Positions 25,301-38,083 of a stretch of DNA of 64,000 bases are shown piece after piece (within the stretch, counting starts at the first letter, position 1; each line of letters opens with the position of its first letter). The notes under the pieces are model-generated. The model was not told the origin of the DNA, did no database searches, and saw only the letters and a list, made by a program, of their open reading frames with translations. The stretch is from assembly GCA_964057225.1 (NCBI GenBank), contig OZ059896.1, positions 14,074,001 to 14,138,000 on the forward strand. Reading direction: 5' to 3'. Position numbers and translations under genes: made by a program. Source of the DNA: Auanema rhodensis (taxonomy: Eukaryota; Animalia; Nematoda).

Positions 25301-28300
25301 AAATATATTATTTCATTTTACTTTCTCTTTCAAGAAAAAATTTTGTATAACCTGAGAAACGGCGAATTTCATGTGCAGTTGGATGATCTCGCTTCAGTCG
25401 AGCTAATGGTGCAGGCTGAAATTTTTAAAAATTTAAAATCTAATTCATATAACAACATAGTTATAATTAATTTTAATAATTCTCCAAATTCTATTTATTT
25501 GAATTAATCAATAAGTTTCCACGTCACTTTTTATTTTAATAACGTGAAACGTGTTTTCACGTTTTAAAGTGAGAAAGTGAATACGAATATTCATTTTTGC
25601 TTTGATGCATTGTACAAAGACGGTTGCATTCATGATTGTGAGTTTAAAATTATAATATTTTTTTTATAATTATAGTATTGATAATGGTTATTTTCATAAA
25701 AATCATTTGATGTTAGGGAGAGATAGAAGGAGAAAGGGAATTTGTTATTGAAAACGGCTCGTTAACCAAAGTTATTTCGAAAAATTAGCATATTTGCAGG
25801 TTTTTAATAGTTGAATACAAATAGTAATGATAATTATAAGAAATATAATTATGATTATTATTTACATTCATGACTATTTGTTATGAAAAGATAAATTGTT
25901 ATAGTTTTTTTGAAAAATAGTCACGAATTGATGAAGGTGGTTATAGCTTCGATGTTAGTTGATGATATAAAAGATAATACCTCTTGCTTAAACAAATTAA
26001 TAGCCGTTAAAGCATGCAGTAACATTTGATTGTAAATATTGATAAATTGCCCTTTTTTGTAAATTATCTTTACAATCAATCAAGTACTTGTATATCTATG
26101 TAGTAATCGTTTGTTTATATACTATATGTATATATCTCATGTGATATGCTCTATAAAATTGCCAAAAGGGATTATTGGAGGGCGTAAGACCTATTTCAAT
26201 GCTATATTCCCAGGAGGTGCAACCAGATTCATGCAGAAGAAATGCAAAGAGATGAATAAAGTAAACATTATGTGACCAGATCTTGACCTCTACTACAAAA
26301 ATGAATTTTTACTTGTTTCATGCAGTTATTTCTTCAAATTCCCTTTTTCAGTTTGTTTAGACGTTTCAAAATGCTTGTTAAGTTCGTCAGACTACAAGTT
26401 CACATGATAACAAGGGCGACAATGCGGATTTCCGTAATTTGTCTGCTCTGCTCAACTTTGAGTAATTCCTCATGATAATCAACTTGTGATCGTTCCTTAA
26501 GGGTCATTCACTTCCTTATTTAGTATTCGTTAGTGAAAAATGTTCAAAAGAAATAAAACGATAATCAGTAGGAATGAGAGAGAGAGAGAATGAAAGGGAT
26601 GGGTAGGCGGAGGAGGTAGTAGTATGAGTGAAAAGTGGGATTGATGAGGAATAAAGATCTTTTCAAAGACTAAGGGCACAGACAAGAGTGAGAAATATGG
26701 AAAATAGATGAAAAAGGATAAAAAAAGAAGACGGTTGATTGAAAGAAGAAATCAAATGTAGATGAAACGAAGAAGACGGTGCTTATCCGTCGGCTTGTCT
26801 GTCATTCGTCATTCGCAATTTGCCTACTGCACAATCTCAAAGTACATTTATTCTGATTTTCCTGAATTCTCAGATAATGTTATAGCTCGTTTTGAGGGAA
26901 TTAAGAGGAAAAAACGGAAAAATGCTTGAGCTGCTCTTTGATGCTTTAGATTTTTGATGATCCATCTTAAGCTTGAGAATACTTCTGAACTTTTTCTAAA
27001 CCAAAAAATGAAAGGAAAAATGGGGAAAGATAAATGAAACTAAAATATCTTATTATTATATATAACTATAATATTATTATCAAAAGAATTCATAGAAATA
27101 ACATAGATTTCCGAACATTTGAAACATATGCTATTCCCTGAGGAGCAATTTCATTTTATTGTCAAATATTGTTTCGAACTTTAGTTGCCGAACACGAACG
27201 TGGACCTCCGGAATATAACAATACATTGGTGTACCTTCAGTATTCAATCGTTTCCCCTACTCCACATCTTTTACAAGTTTATGAGCATTTGTATTCATTG
27301 TGTAAACCTAAAACATGTATTACCTGAGTTTTCGGAGAAGCTTCTATATGTCTAATAGCAAAAGCTCCAAGCACCACGTAGACAGCTACAGCAACTACCA
27401 TAGCCAAATGAAGAGCATAAGGCGCTAGCTAAAAATAGACAAATTTTCTCATGTCATTGAGATATGATGATGATGCTCTATATTATCTTCTATTTTTACA
27501 ATATTTCCCTCTATTTTCGTTCGGAAAAAATAAATTTTATCAAAAAAAAGTTGACGTCCGGCAGTGCTTTGGCTCATATTGATGTTAGAAAAGTTAGTTT
27601 TTTCCAGCTAATGAGAATGGATAAGCTTCAACCACATATCCCAAAGGATATAAATGCTATTTTTCGTCTTGTTCTTTATCACTTGATTCATGAAAGAAGA
27701 AAAACGTTTTGGCAACATAAAGCCATAGTTAAAGTCTTTTATATTTACTTGTTATTTAGAATTCAAAATAAGGAGAATAAAAAACAAATCAAAGTTACAA
27801 CAAGCTGCTTCAGCACATTCTCCTAATTGATGTCAACGATATTTCGACACAAAAAAAAACAGCTGACTTTGTTTTGTGTTCATTAAATGTAATAGGATAA
27901 TAAAAAGGAAATTGAGCAAAAAATGTTACAAAACTTTCTTTTTCTATGTCTTTCTCTCTTTCTCTCTTCCTCTCTTTCTCTTATGAAGGATGATAGTTTT
28001 CACTCAAATTTTAAGAGTAATAGCTTAAACAAGAAAATAAGCTTTAGCTATTAGTACTTAGTACTTAAACGAACAAATGTTTGATGTTATATATTTGTGT
28101 GGGTGACTAAAGATCGTAATCTATGTGTTTCCTTTTCATTTAAAACCTATTCTTTTTTTTTAATTTCTATAAAAATAGAATAAAAAAAAGATTTCATGAA
28201 GTATGATATAACATAAAAATGCTTAAATAGTTGCAGGATTTACTGAAATATCTCCAATTTCTTAAAATATAAATGATGAATTAATAGAAGAATAAGCTTT

Positions 28301-30155
28301 TCAGTCAACTTATTAACTAGATGAATCCTAAAACCAACAAAGTTGGTGGTTGAAAATGAATAAGGAATAGCTTTTATCTATCTAGTCTGGGTTACATGTC
28401 CCGTATGACTTATAAGATGAATTTGCCTCCCAAGAAAGATTTTTTAAATGAAATCATTCGCTGTTTTTTGGACATTCATCCATATACTGGACGTTCAGAA
28501 AAGTATAAAAGGATTGAAGCGGAAGAAAAAAAGAACGAAAGAAAGATAAATTGATATATTAGTATTTTAGGTGTATACGTCATGCATACGTCTTACTATA
28601 GTTAGATAACTTTAAATTCATTGTTCAATCACACTTATTTTCATCCTTAATTCTTCTTCTTCTTCATTCTCTATAGGAAAATTTCAGTTTAGAGGAATTT
28701 ACAGATATCAGGATACTCAAATCCCATACAACTCTCAGCGTTCCCCTTGAGACCATTTGATGACTCCCCGAGATGCGAAAAGGAAATATGTGTTCGGTCA
28801 ATTGGAATCCGGTCACTTTATGGCATTAGAACGTAGAACTAAAATTTGCCCTTCGAATAAAATTTGAAAACTGTATAGAAGACATATGATATCTCATCTA
28901 TTCCCTTGTTTTTCATTTAAGTTTTGTAGAATTGTAGAATAGAAGAAAATGTATCTAACTTTCTGAGACGATGTTATGTGTGAAGCAGGAGAAGTATAGA
29001 ACTGACTGACGGCACAAAGGAAATGAATAGTGCGAATACTTTTGCCTTTTACTTCTTCTTCTAGATAAACTATCACTTAACTATTCTGAGCCGGAAAATA
29101 GAAAAAGAGAAATAGAATAAGAAGGGATTGTGTCTTTTGGGAAAAACAGCAGAAACGTGTTGAAACAACGTTTAATCATTCCAATAGATTTGTTTCCTTT
29201 TCTTATTTTCATTGGTGAATGAGATAACAGTTACTATGTCTCTACTTTCTTTCTCTCACGGGAGTAATTTCGATGGCGAAGACAAGCAAAAAATCCGTTG
29301 TTTACAGAATCTCCGAGAAACTAAGGAAATCATTCTCTAGATGTTCATTTCTCTCTTTAAAATGTGAAAGTTTGCTAAGGTTACGCTGATATGATGGTGA
29401 ATTTGAAAACAATTTACAAGAAGAAGATGAATGTGAAGATAATGTTTTCAAATAAACCAAACTTAGTAGATTAAACTAAGTTTTCATAAAATTCAAAAAT
29501 TTAATTTGGACAATTTCATTCAGAAAAAAAACATTGAAGAATGCTATTTACCTGAGCTAAGTCAATTTTTTTCTTTTTAAGAGCGAGGGATTGACGAGCA
29601 TGGAAAACCATTTAGATTTCGATGATGCTCCAGATTTAGACACAGAAGACTCCAACGAAATTTTGAATTTGGTCGAATAGGGAATAAACAGACTTTTCTG
29701 AGTAATTGGTTAGAATCAGAGATAGATTTTTACTGATGATTATGGATGATTTTTGGAGAAAAGAGTCAAAGTCGAAAAAGTTTATAAAGTCTAAGACTAT
29801 ATTGAGATATTGAAGGAAGTATCGAAAGACAGCATCTCCTGGACAAATTTGCTCCGCCCCAAAAGGACTTCTCCGTTCTGCGCTATTTCTTTCTCTTTCT
29901 CTCTCTATCTCTTATGTGATCCTATATAGAAAGTGTATAAGAAATAAGAAGAATAAGGAGATAGATAAGAGAGAACAAAGAGAAAGAGTTAGAGGCGCGG
30001 GTGGGTTATGCAAAAGAGATGGAAAAAGGATGAAGAGATGAGAAGCTAGAGTTAGTTTCAAGAGATATAACAGACATGAAGAAAACTTTGCCAAACATCT
30101 TTGCTCTTCCAGGACTCTATGATGCTCCATGTGCACAAAGAGAGATAGAGAGATA

Positions 30156-30187
<32 letters not shown>

Positions 30188-31272
30188 AAGAGAAAGAGAC
30201 CGAAAATGAGATATGAAGAGAAAGGTCAAATGCAAGAAATGGAAAGAAGGAAGAAAGAGTTCTTGAAATTGAAATAGCTTCAAGTTAAAAAGAAAAAAGT
30301 TTTAAATTAGTAAAAATACTGTTCGTCAGTAAACGAGTTCTCTACTAACAGGCGAGAGCTTATACTTTTTGCAAAAAGTGGATGACCTTTTTTTTTTCGA
30401 AAATGATATTGTGTTTTTTCTTTCAAAAAAAAAGTAAATTGTATAAAAAGGATTATAACAAACATTTCAGGTGCAATAAGATATTCAATGTTCTCAATTT
30501 AAGTTGAGATGCTTGTTGAGAGCATTGAGCTTTGAAGCTCAAGCTTAAGTTAATAGAAGTACTATTAGATTTTGGAAAAACATACTGTCTCTTTCATATG
30601 ATATGTTCTCATGTTTCAAGAGAATAATATTTGAAATATGAAATCCATTAGTATATATAGTCACGAATTTCTCATAATTGTATGAAAAAAATTTTTTGTT
30701 CCGAAAAAGGTCAATTGATATTCTCGTTTTTGAGGAAAAAAATTGATGCTCACGTGCATTCATTAGAAAAGGGAAAACACAAAAAAAGACAATTTTATAT
30801 ATAAAGCATAGTGTTTTACCTTATAAAGCTTAGGATGCTTTGATACAAACATGCTGAAAACACAGAAACAAAAGTGCCTTTTGCTGATGAGAATGGTGAA
30901 TTGATGGAGAGGAAAGAGAGGAAATCAAATGAAAAAACCATCAAAATAATTATTTTCATATTGAATTGAGTTAAGAAGAATAGCGAAATATATTTAAGTA
31001 ATAAAGAAAACTTTCTCATTTTCTCCAATTAAGTTGTACATTATGCTGTTTTATCTATTCAAAATATAACTACATGTCAAAAAAAATTAATAAGCTTTGG
31101 TCAACGAACTTTTTATTTTTCAAAAGGAATAATAACTTATTATTTCTTTTTTAAACTCAGAAATATGCTTTTTCAAAATTCAAATGATGTAATAGGATTG
31201 ATTTGACACAATTCTCAAATCAAAAATACATGAATGACTAACCTCTTTAAGCTTTTTGGACATCTTATACAT
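21455..31272 (-). CDS. Two-pore-domain potassium channel (TWK/K2P); multi-exon, alternative first and last exons likely
   Basis: M1 LAPYALHLAMVVAVAVYVVLGA (27324-27428); P1 WSIMDSVLFCFTVITTIG|YGNVAP; P2 AIYFNFVTLTTIGLGDLVP; M4 YIVLLALALTTIAIE region. Candidate first exons 29552-29611 and 31243-31272; candidate last exon 21455-21573. The core is firm, the ends less so. Confidence 0.85.
22280..22369. repeat. Compound (AGAT)n/(AG)n microsatellite in a TWK intron
   Basis: Direct sequence. Confidence 0.92.
30141..30187. repeat. Imperfect (AG)n microsatellite
   Basis: Direct sequence. Confidence 0.85.
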
Positions 31273-34200
31273 CCTTTGTGTGTATGATCTTCAATTTGAA
31301 ATTGATTCTCCTTCTTTCTCTTCTTCTTTTCCTTATTGTCGTACTTGATTAAGAATGAAAAGACAGGACTATATATGTCAGAATCTACAATAACTGAATG
31401 ATAAATGAGATGTAAAAGATAAAAAGAAAATAAATATATAAAAAATATTAATTATTGATAATCCTTTTACACACATCATGCTTTATGTCTAAATTTTCGT
31501 TTTGAAATGTTGTTGAAAAGGAAGACAAACTCGAGAAAAAGGTAAAACGTGAGAGAACTTTACTTTAAACTTAAGAAATAAAGAAATTTTGAAATCAGCT
31601 AATGAATTGAAAACTTTGAAACTCTAAAAACAAATAAAAAATTATTTATTTTCATCGTCTTGTTATGGAAAGTTGTGAAAATTTTAAAAAGTTCTCAATT
31701 CAAAAGAAGACGTTTAAAATCAAAAAATATATATAATAAATATAAATAAAAAGAATATAAAATACTTATTTCAAAAATAATAAAATTTTATATAAAAAAA
31801 TGAAAATATTTTGAATCAAAGTGATCAGAATTAACATTTTTTTTACAAAAAGGGTAGCAAAATAAGGAAAAAGGGGAAAAATGACATGTACATGTATATG
31901 CAGATGAATGAGTCCTATAAGAGATCAAACGCTAAATGAGCTTTTTTAAAGAAAATGTTAGAGGCAATACTAAAATTCATTTCACACTTAGATTTATCTA
32001 GATGTATCTATGAATCTGTAGGAGTATAAGCATCTGCATATATGGGTACTTTCTGTTTCGACTATTAAACACAAAAAGCCATAAGAAGGAAATAGAAAGC
32101 TAAGGAAAAGAAAGAAAGAGAGAAAAAAATAAAAAGGGTACATAGAGAGGGTAGAGAAGGTAAGATAGAAGGTAAGAAAAGGGGATTGCTCTTTCTACAG
32201 TTAGAGACATGAAAAGCAGCTTGGCATAAAATAACAACAAGTAAAGATAAAAGAACAACTATTCAAACTAAATAGAACGAAGATTTAAAAATAGTTATAA
32301 CTTGAAGACAAAATAATGAATACAACAGAAAAACAATGATTGAAATTTGGTACTGCTTTTGGATAAACTGATCTGAACAAGGGCGAACGAAAATGAAAGA
32401 AAGAGCATTACATGAGAAATTGTTATTGGAGGATGATTGACTTGAAGATGATGAAAGCAATGCTGCTTCAACTAATGATGTTGAGAATGATGATGATGTT
32501 GAGGTATATGATGAAGATGATGATGAAGATGATTTGAATGAGAAAGACAAGGCAAAAACCACAGAAATATATAATAGTTCTTTGATTTCTGGTGAATGTA
32601 TGAGATTTCAACATTTTAATGAACATAGGACAAGCTCATTTATCATTATGTTAACAACTGAGATATTAAAAAGATATGTGGAAGAGATATAGATATAGCT
32701 AATGATAACGAGATCAAGAAGTAGAGATCAGAACGAAAAGAGAGTAGTAAGAGATATAGAGAAAACGAAAGAAGTGTCTATGGGAATGGGGAAGTTAAAG
32801 TATGAAATTGCACAGTGCTCACAACCATTCAGTTCAAACGATCAAAATGAAAATGAAAATGAAAGTTGAGCTATTTGACGTGACGTGTGTTTTGACTTTC
32901 CACGTGTTCACGTGAATATTGCATTATGGAGTGAAAAGGTTAACAATAGAATATTCTAATGAAAATTTCAACAACATGACTATAAGGAAAAAATATGAAT
33001 ATAACAGAAGATGAATATAAGGTGGGAGGAGCTGATGAATAAAGAAGGAGGGGGGCAGAAAGATATCTTTAAGAAAAAGCTCAGTATAAGATTAGAAAGA
33101 TTTTTATGAGAGGACATATGTATGTATATGTTGTCTGTGTCTGATGTGCAAATGTGAAGAAAAGCTTGTGTCATTCACATAAATTAATCACAAATCACAT
33201 CGATCATGATTGAGATCACAGAAAATAAACTATTTGGTAACGATAATCAAACATCAAATTGTATTATTTGCTTCTTAAGTTTGGTATAGTTTAAGCAGAA
33301 ATTGTTTGAATGTCTAATAAAACAAAAAAAAAACTAAGAGAAAAGTTGGTTGCTGATGTTTTTGCTTATTTCCTAATTTAGATAAACATAAAAAAAGTGT
33401 TCTATATACGGAGAGAGAGAGAGAAGAGGGGACAGAAGGAAAGACGACAAACTACAAAGACAAATCAAAAAGATTTTAAATTGTAATGAGGGTGATTACA
33501 AGGTAAAAAAGTAGAAAGAGAGGGTTCACATACGTTTATATGAAAAATCTGACATGAATTGAACTTCGTTTGAATTTTTGAAGATGTCACCCCTTTTCAT
33601 AACCACAATTTTCATAAAGAAAACAATTTTTTTTTTTAAATTTGCAAACAAAAATGAGTTTTACAAGGACCATACTTAGCAAATACGAAAACTCTCTTAC
33701 CAATGTCTGGAAGAATCAATGAATGACAAAACTACACTCATATTGTTCTGATCTTCCTCGTTTTTGAGACATTTTTAGCACTTAAAGCATAATATATGAG
33801 TTGAAATCTATCAAACAACTGGACACTTGTTCTTCGAAAACCTTTTTCTCTCAAGAATTATCATATTACATAGATTGTGCTGAAATTTCTTTAATACATC
33901 AGAAAAAAGACCAAAGGAGTGATTAATCAGCTTCACTTTGCGGCTAGTTTACAGCCTTCGTTGTATAAACAACATACCTTCTGGATAACATCTGGTGGCG
34001 GAGCTACTCACTCTAGTTTTCACCCGCATTTTCTGCACTCTCAGCAGCCAAAATTATTAAGGATTTATATGAAAAATTGAAAGAGGTTTTGTTTAGGAAA
34101 AGAAGAAAAATGAAGCACAATGAGAGAATGAGGTATCTGATATACGTAAATACTGAAAATTGCTTTAATGAAAAATAAAGTAATTCAGATAATTTATTGA

Positions 34201-36221
34201 GAAAACATCTGGTTAGTTTATTGTTCTCATGATTCTGTTTCAGTAATTTTGAAACCCAATGAAAAGCTGGATGATATAGAGATATTCAAACAATGTATGT
34301 TGCAAATCAACGTTGTGTTGCAAATGTTTTTGAAATTTTTTATTTATTTGTTTACTACAAACAACACATAGAACAATAATTTGAAGATTTTATTGATCAA
34401 TATAATCTTCTTAAACTAAATTATGATGAAAGTATGAAGTAAAATCATAATTTTCGTTTGTGTTAAGTATTAGAAATAAGAAAGAATGTGCACTTTTTGA
34501 AAAAAAATAAAGAGTTCTTTTTCGATAAAATATACTATTCTCAACTATATTATTCCAAAAATATTTACTATATTATGTAACTTTGTGATCACATAAACTT
34601 AAGATGTGTTTGAACTTGAAGGTATAGTTAGTGTTAATGTGAGTACAAGGATTAGCAAGAGTGAGAATAGTTTCAAGCAATTTCATTTGTCCTCTGATTT
34701 TTCAGATATTCGCTGACATTTCACAAAATTCTTCCGAAACATCTGGCATTCATTTCATTTGGATAAATTTCAGATGATTCTCCGGTTTAAAAACTGTGCC
34801 CCCGGATATTCTGGAGGCGTGACGAACGATTCGCACCAACTTGTCAAAGTTCAAATTGTAAAGAGATTGAGAAAACATGAGGAATTAAAGCTATAAATAG
34901 AGTCGAGTATGTTGCAAATGAAGAAAAAGCAAAGTGGATAGATAGTGAATGAACAATGACAACTTCAAGGGGCTTTTTACTGATGTTACAACCGTTCTCT
35001 TCAGTTAAATGATCATAAACAACATCATAACAATATCATAAAAATATCTGAAACTTTGTTCAGCAATAGGAAATCTTACGATAAACAATATGTAAAAATG
35101 AACCAAAAAATGGATTTTTATGAGTTTTTCTCTATCCATTTCTTGATAGACTACTCTGACGATGATACTGATCAAGCTACATGTATGTACGTGGTAAACA
35201 GAGGAAATGTGTGATGAATGTTTAGAACAGGAAATCGTTCTCTTTCTCAATTATTTTGTTTTAAATTCATTTTTATTCAGTTTGTGTTGAAATGTTTATT
35301 GTGTAAATGTGTGAAGCTATATTCTCTAAAATAATGGATAAAATTCCTTTAAAACTTGAATAGAGATTGTTGGAGCTAAATGCTTTCAGAATTTTTCGCT
35401 GAAAAAATGTTTAAAAATTGAGAAAATATTATGAAGATCCATCTGGATCATAAGGTCATACAGAAAAATCTAAATTAAAGCTAGTTTACATATACACTGA
35501 TTGAACTTCTTCATAATATATTGTGGTTGTCAGATGAAGATTCATCAGGTGAGATCTGGTTTTGATGGATTATTGAAAAAAATTAAACAATTTTTTAAAA
35601 AACATAAGCTCTCATCATTGCTTTTTGATGATAAAAGATGCTAAGAAGAACTACAAGATTTGAAAATTTTTCAAAACATAATATCAAGAAATAGTTATAA
35701 AGCTGGTGAGATCGAATATAAAGGCTCACGACAAGTAGTACGGAAAAGGAAGGGAGAAGGAGATTTAATTCTATGCAAGGGCATGATATGACGTTGGGAA
35801 CGTAGCTCATGAGGTCATTGGGCTTCATGACTAGCTGGCAAGGACGTGTGTAGACTTAGGAGAGACCCGATTCTGATTCTCATTGTCGAAGATTCACACA
35901 CGGATCGCATTTCAAAAGAGAACAGCTATAGCCATGGATCATGAGGAAAAATGAGAGAAGAGCATCTGAATGTCAGATGTTAAGCTTATGAGATTGAAAT
36001 GGACATGGATTGATTGCTTGAAACATTGTCGTCTTATTCACACAGTATTAGTTGAAACTTCAAATACAAATGATATATAATACCTTATTTATATGTATAA
36101 TATAATAATATAATATAGTATAGTATATTTATATCTATATATATGCATATAAACACACATTTACATTCTTAATTATATATTTTCAATTAAAGAAAATAAA
36201 AAACAAAATGATTTTCGTATA

Positions 36222-37216
36222 TTACTTTGGTTTTATATGCTTAACATATCTCATATTCAACTTTGGAAATTGGTTAGAACTGCTACTGCTGCTGTGACAT
36301 TTTTTGCTTGACGCTGAGTTCGTCATCTTGTTATTGTTGGCCGATGTTGATTTTGCGCACATTTGAGATGCATTTACCTGAAATTTTAAATCATTATTCA
36401 TCATTACATTATCATTATAATTATCATATATCTAATTAGTTTTGTTCAATTAATAGTCAATTAATAAATCGAAATGTTGAAAATTTGAAAAAATTGAAGA
36501 TGCAGAATTCTGTTTTTGTATTTACAGTTTGAGGTCAAATTATGTGAAATAATTTAAAATTCAAATGATTTTCTTGATGCATTTCAAAAAAAAGGAAAAA
36601 ATGAACAATCGTAATTAGCATAAGCGTGAACATTGACGTAAGCTGTTGATAAGTCATCATTCGTCGAACATGTTCACACATGAAACGGTTGTGTTTTTCG
36701 TTGCATATTTCATGTTCAGACAGTAAAAACTAGTTGATTTCTAACTGTAAAGCTTTAAAGTATGTCAATTTATTTGAAAGATGAGGGTATTGCGATATAT
36801 TAGATGCATGTGAAAATTTGAAGTTTTTATTCATTTTTTGTTGATCAGAAATTAGACAAATTTAAGGTTTCAAAAATATTTTCAATGAGTGTACATATGA
36901 ATAAGCAAACATACTATAGGAAGCTGTAGCTTTTCAGCATCTTTGATGTATACCACTTGAGGTTGTATCCTTTTTCCAATTACACGCAAATGAACAAATC
37001 GCGATGACCAAAGCTTGGCTTCGTTTGTAAGAGTTTCATCTAGTATTTCATTTAGTTAACTATATTTTTAGCTAATACATTCAAAGAGACACCTTGCATT
37101 GGTATGCCTTCATACAAACAGGCATCTAACTGACTTAGAAAACTCAAACCAGACGTTCCGTCAGCTCTTGGACTGAGCACATCAGAATAAATGGATTCAC
37201 TCCACCGAGAGACCAT
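36222..37216 (-). CDS. xbx-4: FAM149/DUF3719 ciliary protein (XBX-4-like), 3 exons
   Basis: Exons join in frame: MVSRWSESIYSDVLSPRADGTSGLSFLSQLDACLYEGIPMQ|DETLTNEAKLWSSRFVHLRVIGKRIQP..|VNASQ..KPK*. LD..LYE and E..W.SRF.HLRV.G match the FAM149 DUF3719 core; a perfect X-box lies upstream. Confidence 0.78.
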
Positions 37217-37327
37217 TGATTCAGCCACTGAGATTATAAACATTAAAAACAAAAAAAATATTTTAAACTAAAAATAAAAGGAAAGTTTTGAAATTAATCA
37301 ATATACGCACATACTAGAACTAACGCC

Positions 37328-37341
37328 GTAACCATGACAAC
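37328..37341. promoter_or_regulatory. X-box (RFX/DAF-19 site)
   Basis: GTAACCATGACAAC is a full consensus match, ~112 bp upstream of ATG 37216. Confidence 0.85.
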
Positions 37342-38083
37342 ATGGTTGAAAAGCTATAGCTTCCTTTCGTATGTTTGCCATATTCGTTTGGTTGAAGACT
37401 TCGACTAAGACATTTTTAAAGAAGCTTACTATATTTTTATAATTTTCTTATATATTATTTTAAAACTTTAAATGTGTTATATATGTGTTTATAACTATAT
37501 AGTTAAGAAATAATTTATCAGCAAAATGAATATTAGTATAGCATATCATAGTAGCAGATCATAAATATTCGATCGAAAGATCAGTCAGAATGATAGAAAA
37601 AAGGAAAAGAAAATAAATTTCTTTGAAGAAAAAAAAACATTAAAAGGATTGCAATTCGCCATATATTTTGAATTTAGAGCAACCGGTCTTTTCTGAAATG
37701 ATAAGAATGATGATGATAATTGTTGATGAGCTTAGGCTGAGGACATGATGGTTGTGGATGTTATTTCTATTATAAAGTAGATAAATATTATCTAAATCTT
37801 TTTTTTTTTGAAGATAAGTATCATTTAGATATTTCGAAATTTTTCAGAAAATTCACAGTAAATAGCTGAATAAACGATATGAAAATGAAAGAATAATTTT
37901 GAGAGTGTCATGGTCCAATTGCCAGCCTATGGCGCCTTTTTCATAAAAAATTTCTGGACTATACAAAACAAAATCAACTAACATAAGTATAAATATAGAG
38001 AAAAAAAGCTATTATGTATGATTTTTTTCTAAATTTTCAATAAAGAGCTTTGGTCGATGTTTTAAACAGATATTCCGCTAGAA

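Noticed and set aside
27308-27323. Apparent 16-nt GT..AG intron after the TWK M1 exon
   Set aside because: Too short and leads to an in-frame stop; the donor joins the exon at ~25415 in frame instead.
26200-28775. COE/UNC-3-like TCCCnnG(A/G)GA words in TWK introns
   Set aside because: All have mismatches and cannot be told from chance without conservation data.
29912-32562. SL-repeat and poly-Ser ORFs (29912-30283, 32263-32562)
   Set aside because: Low-complexity microsatellite translations.
37313-37381. Possible upstream coding exon MANIRKEAIAFQPCCHGYGVSS for the FAM149-like gene
   Set aside because: It is phase-compatible but contains the perfect X-box at the typical promoter distance, so promoter plus trans-splice acceptor is more parsimonious. 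Not fully excluded.
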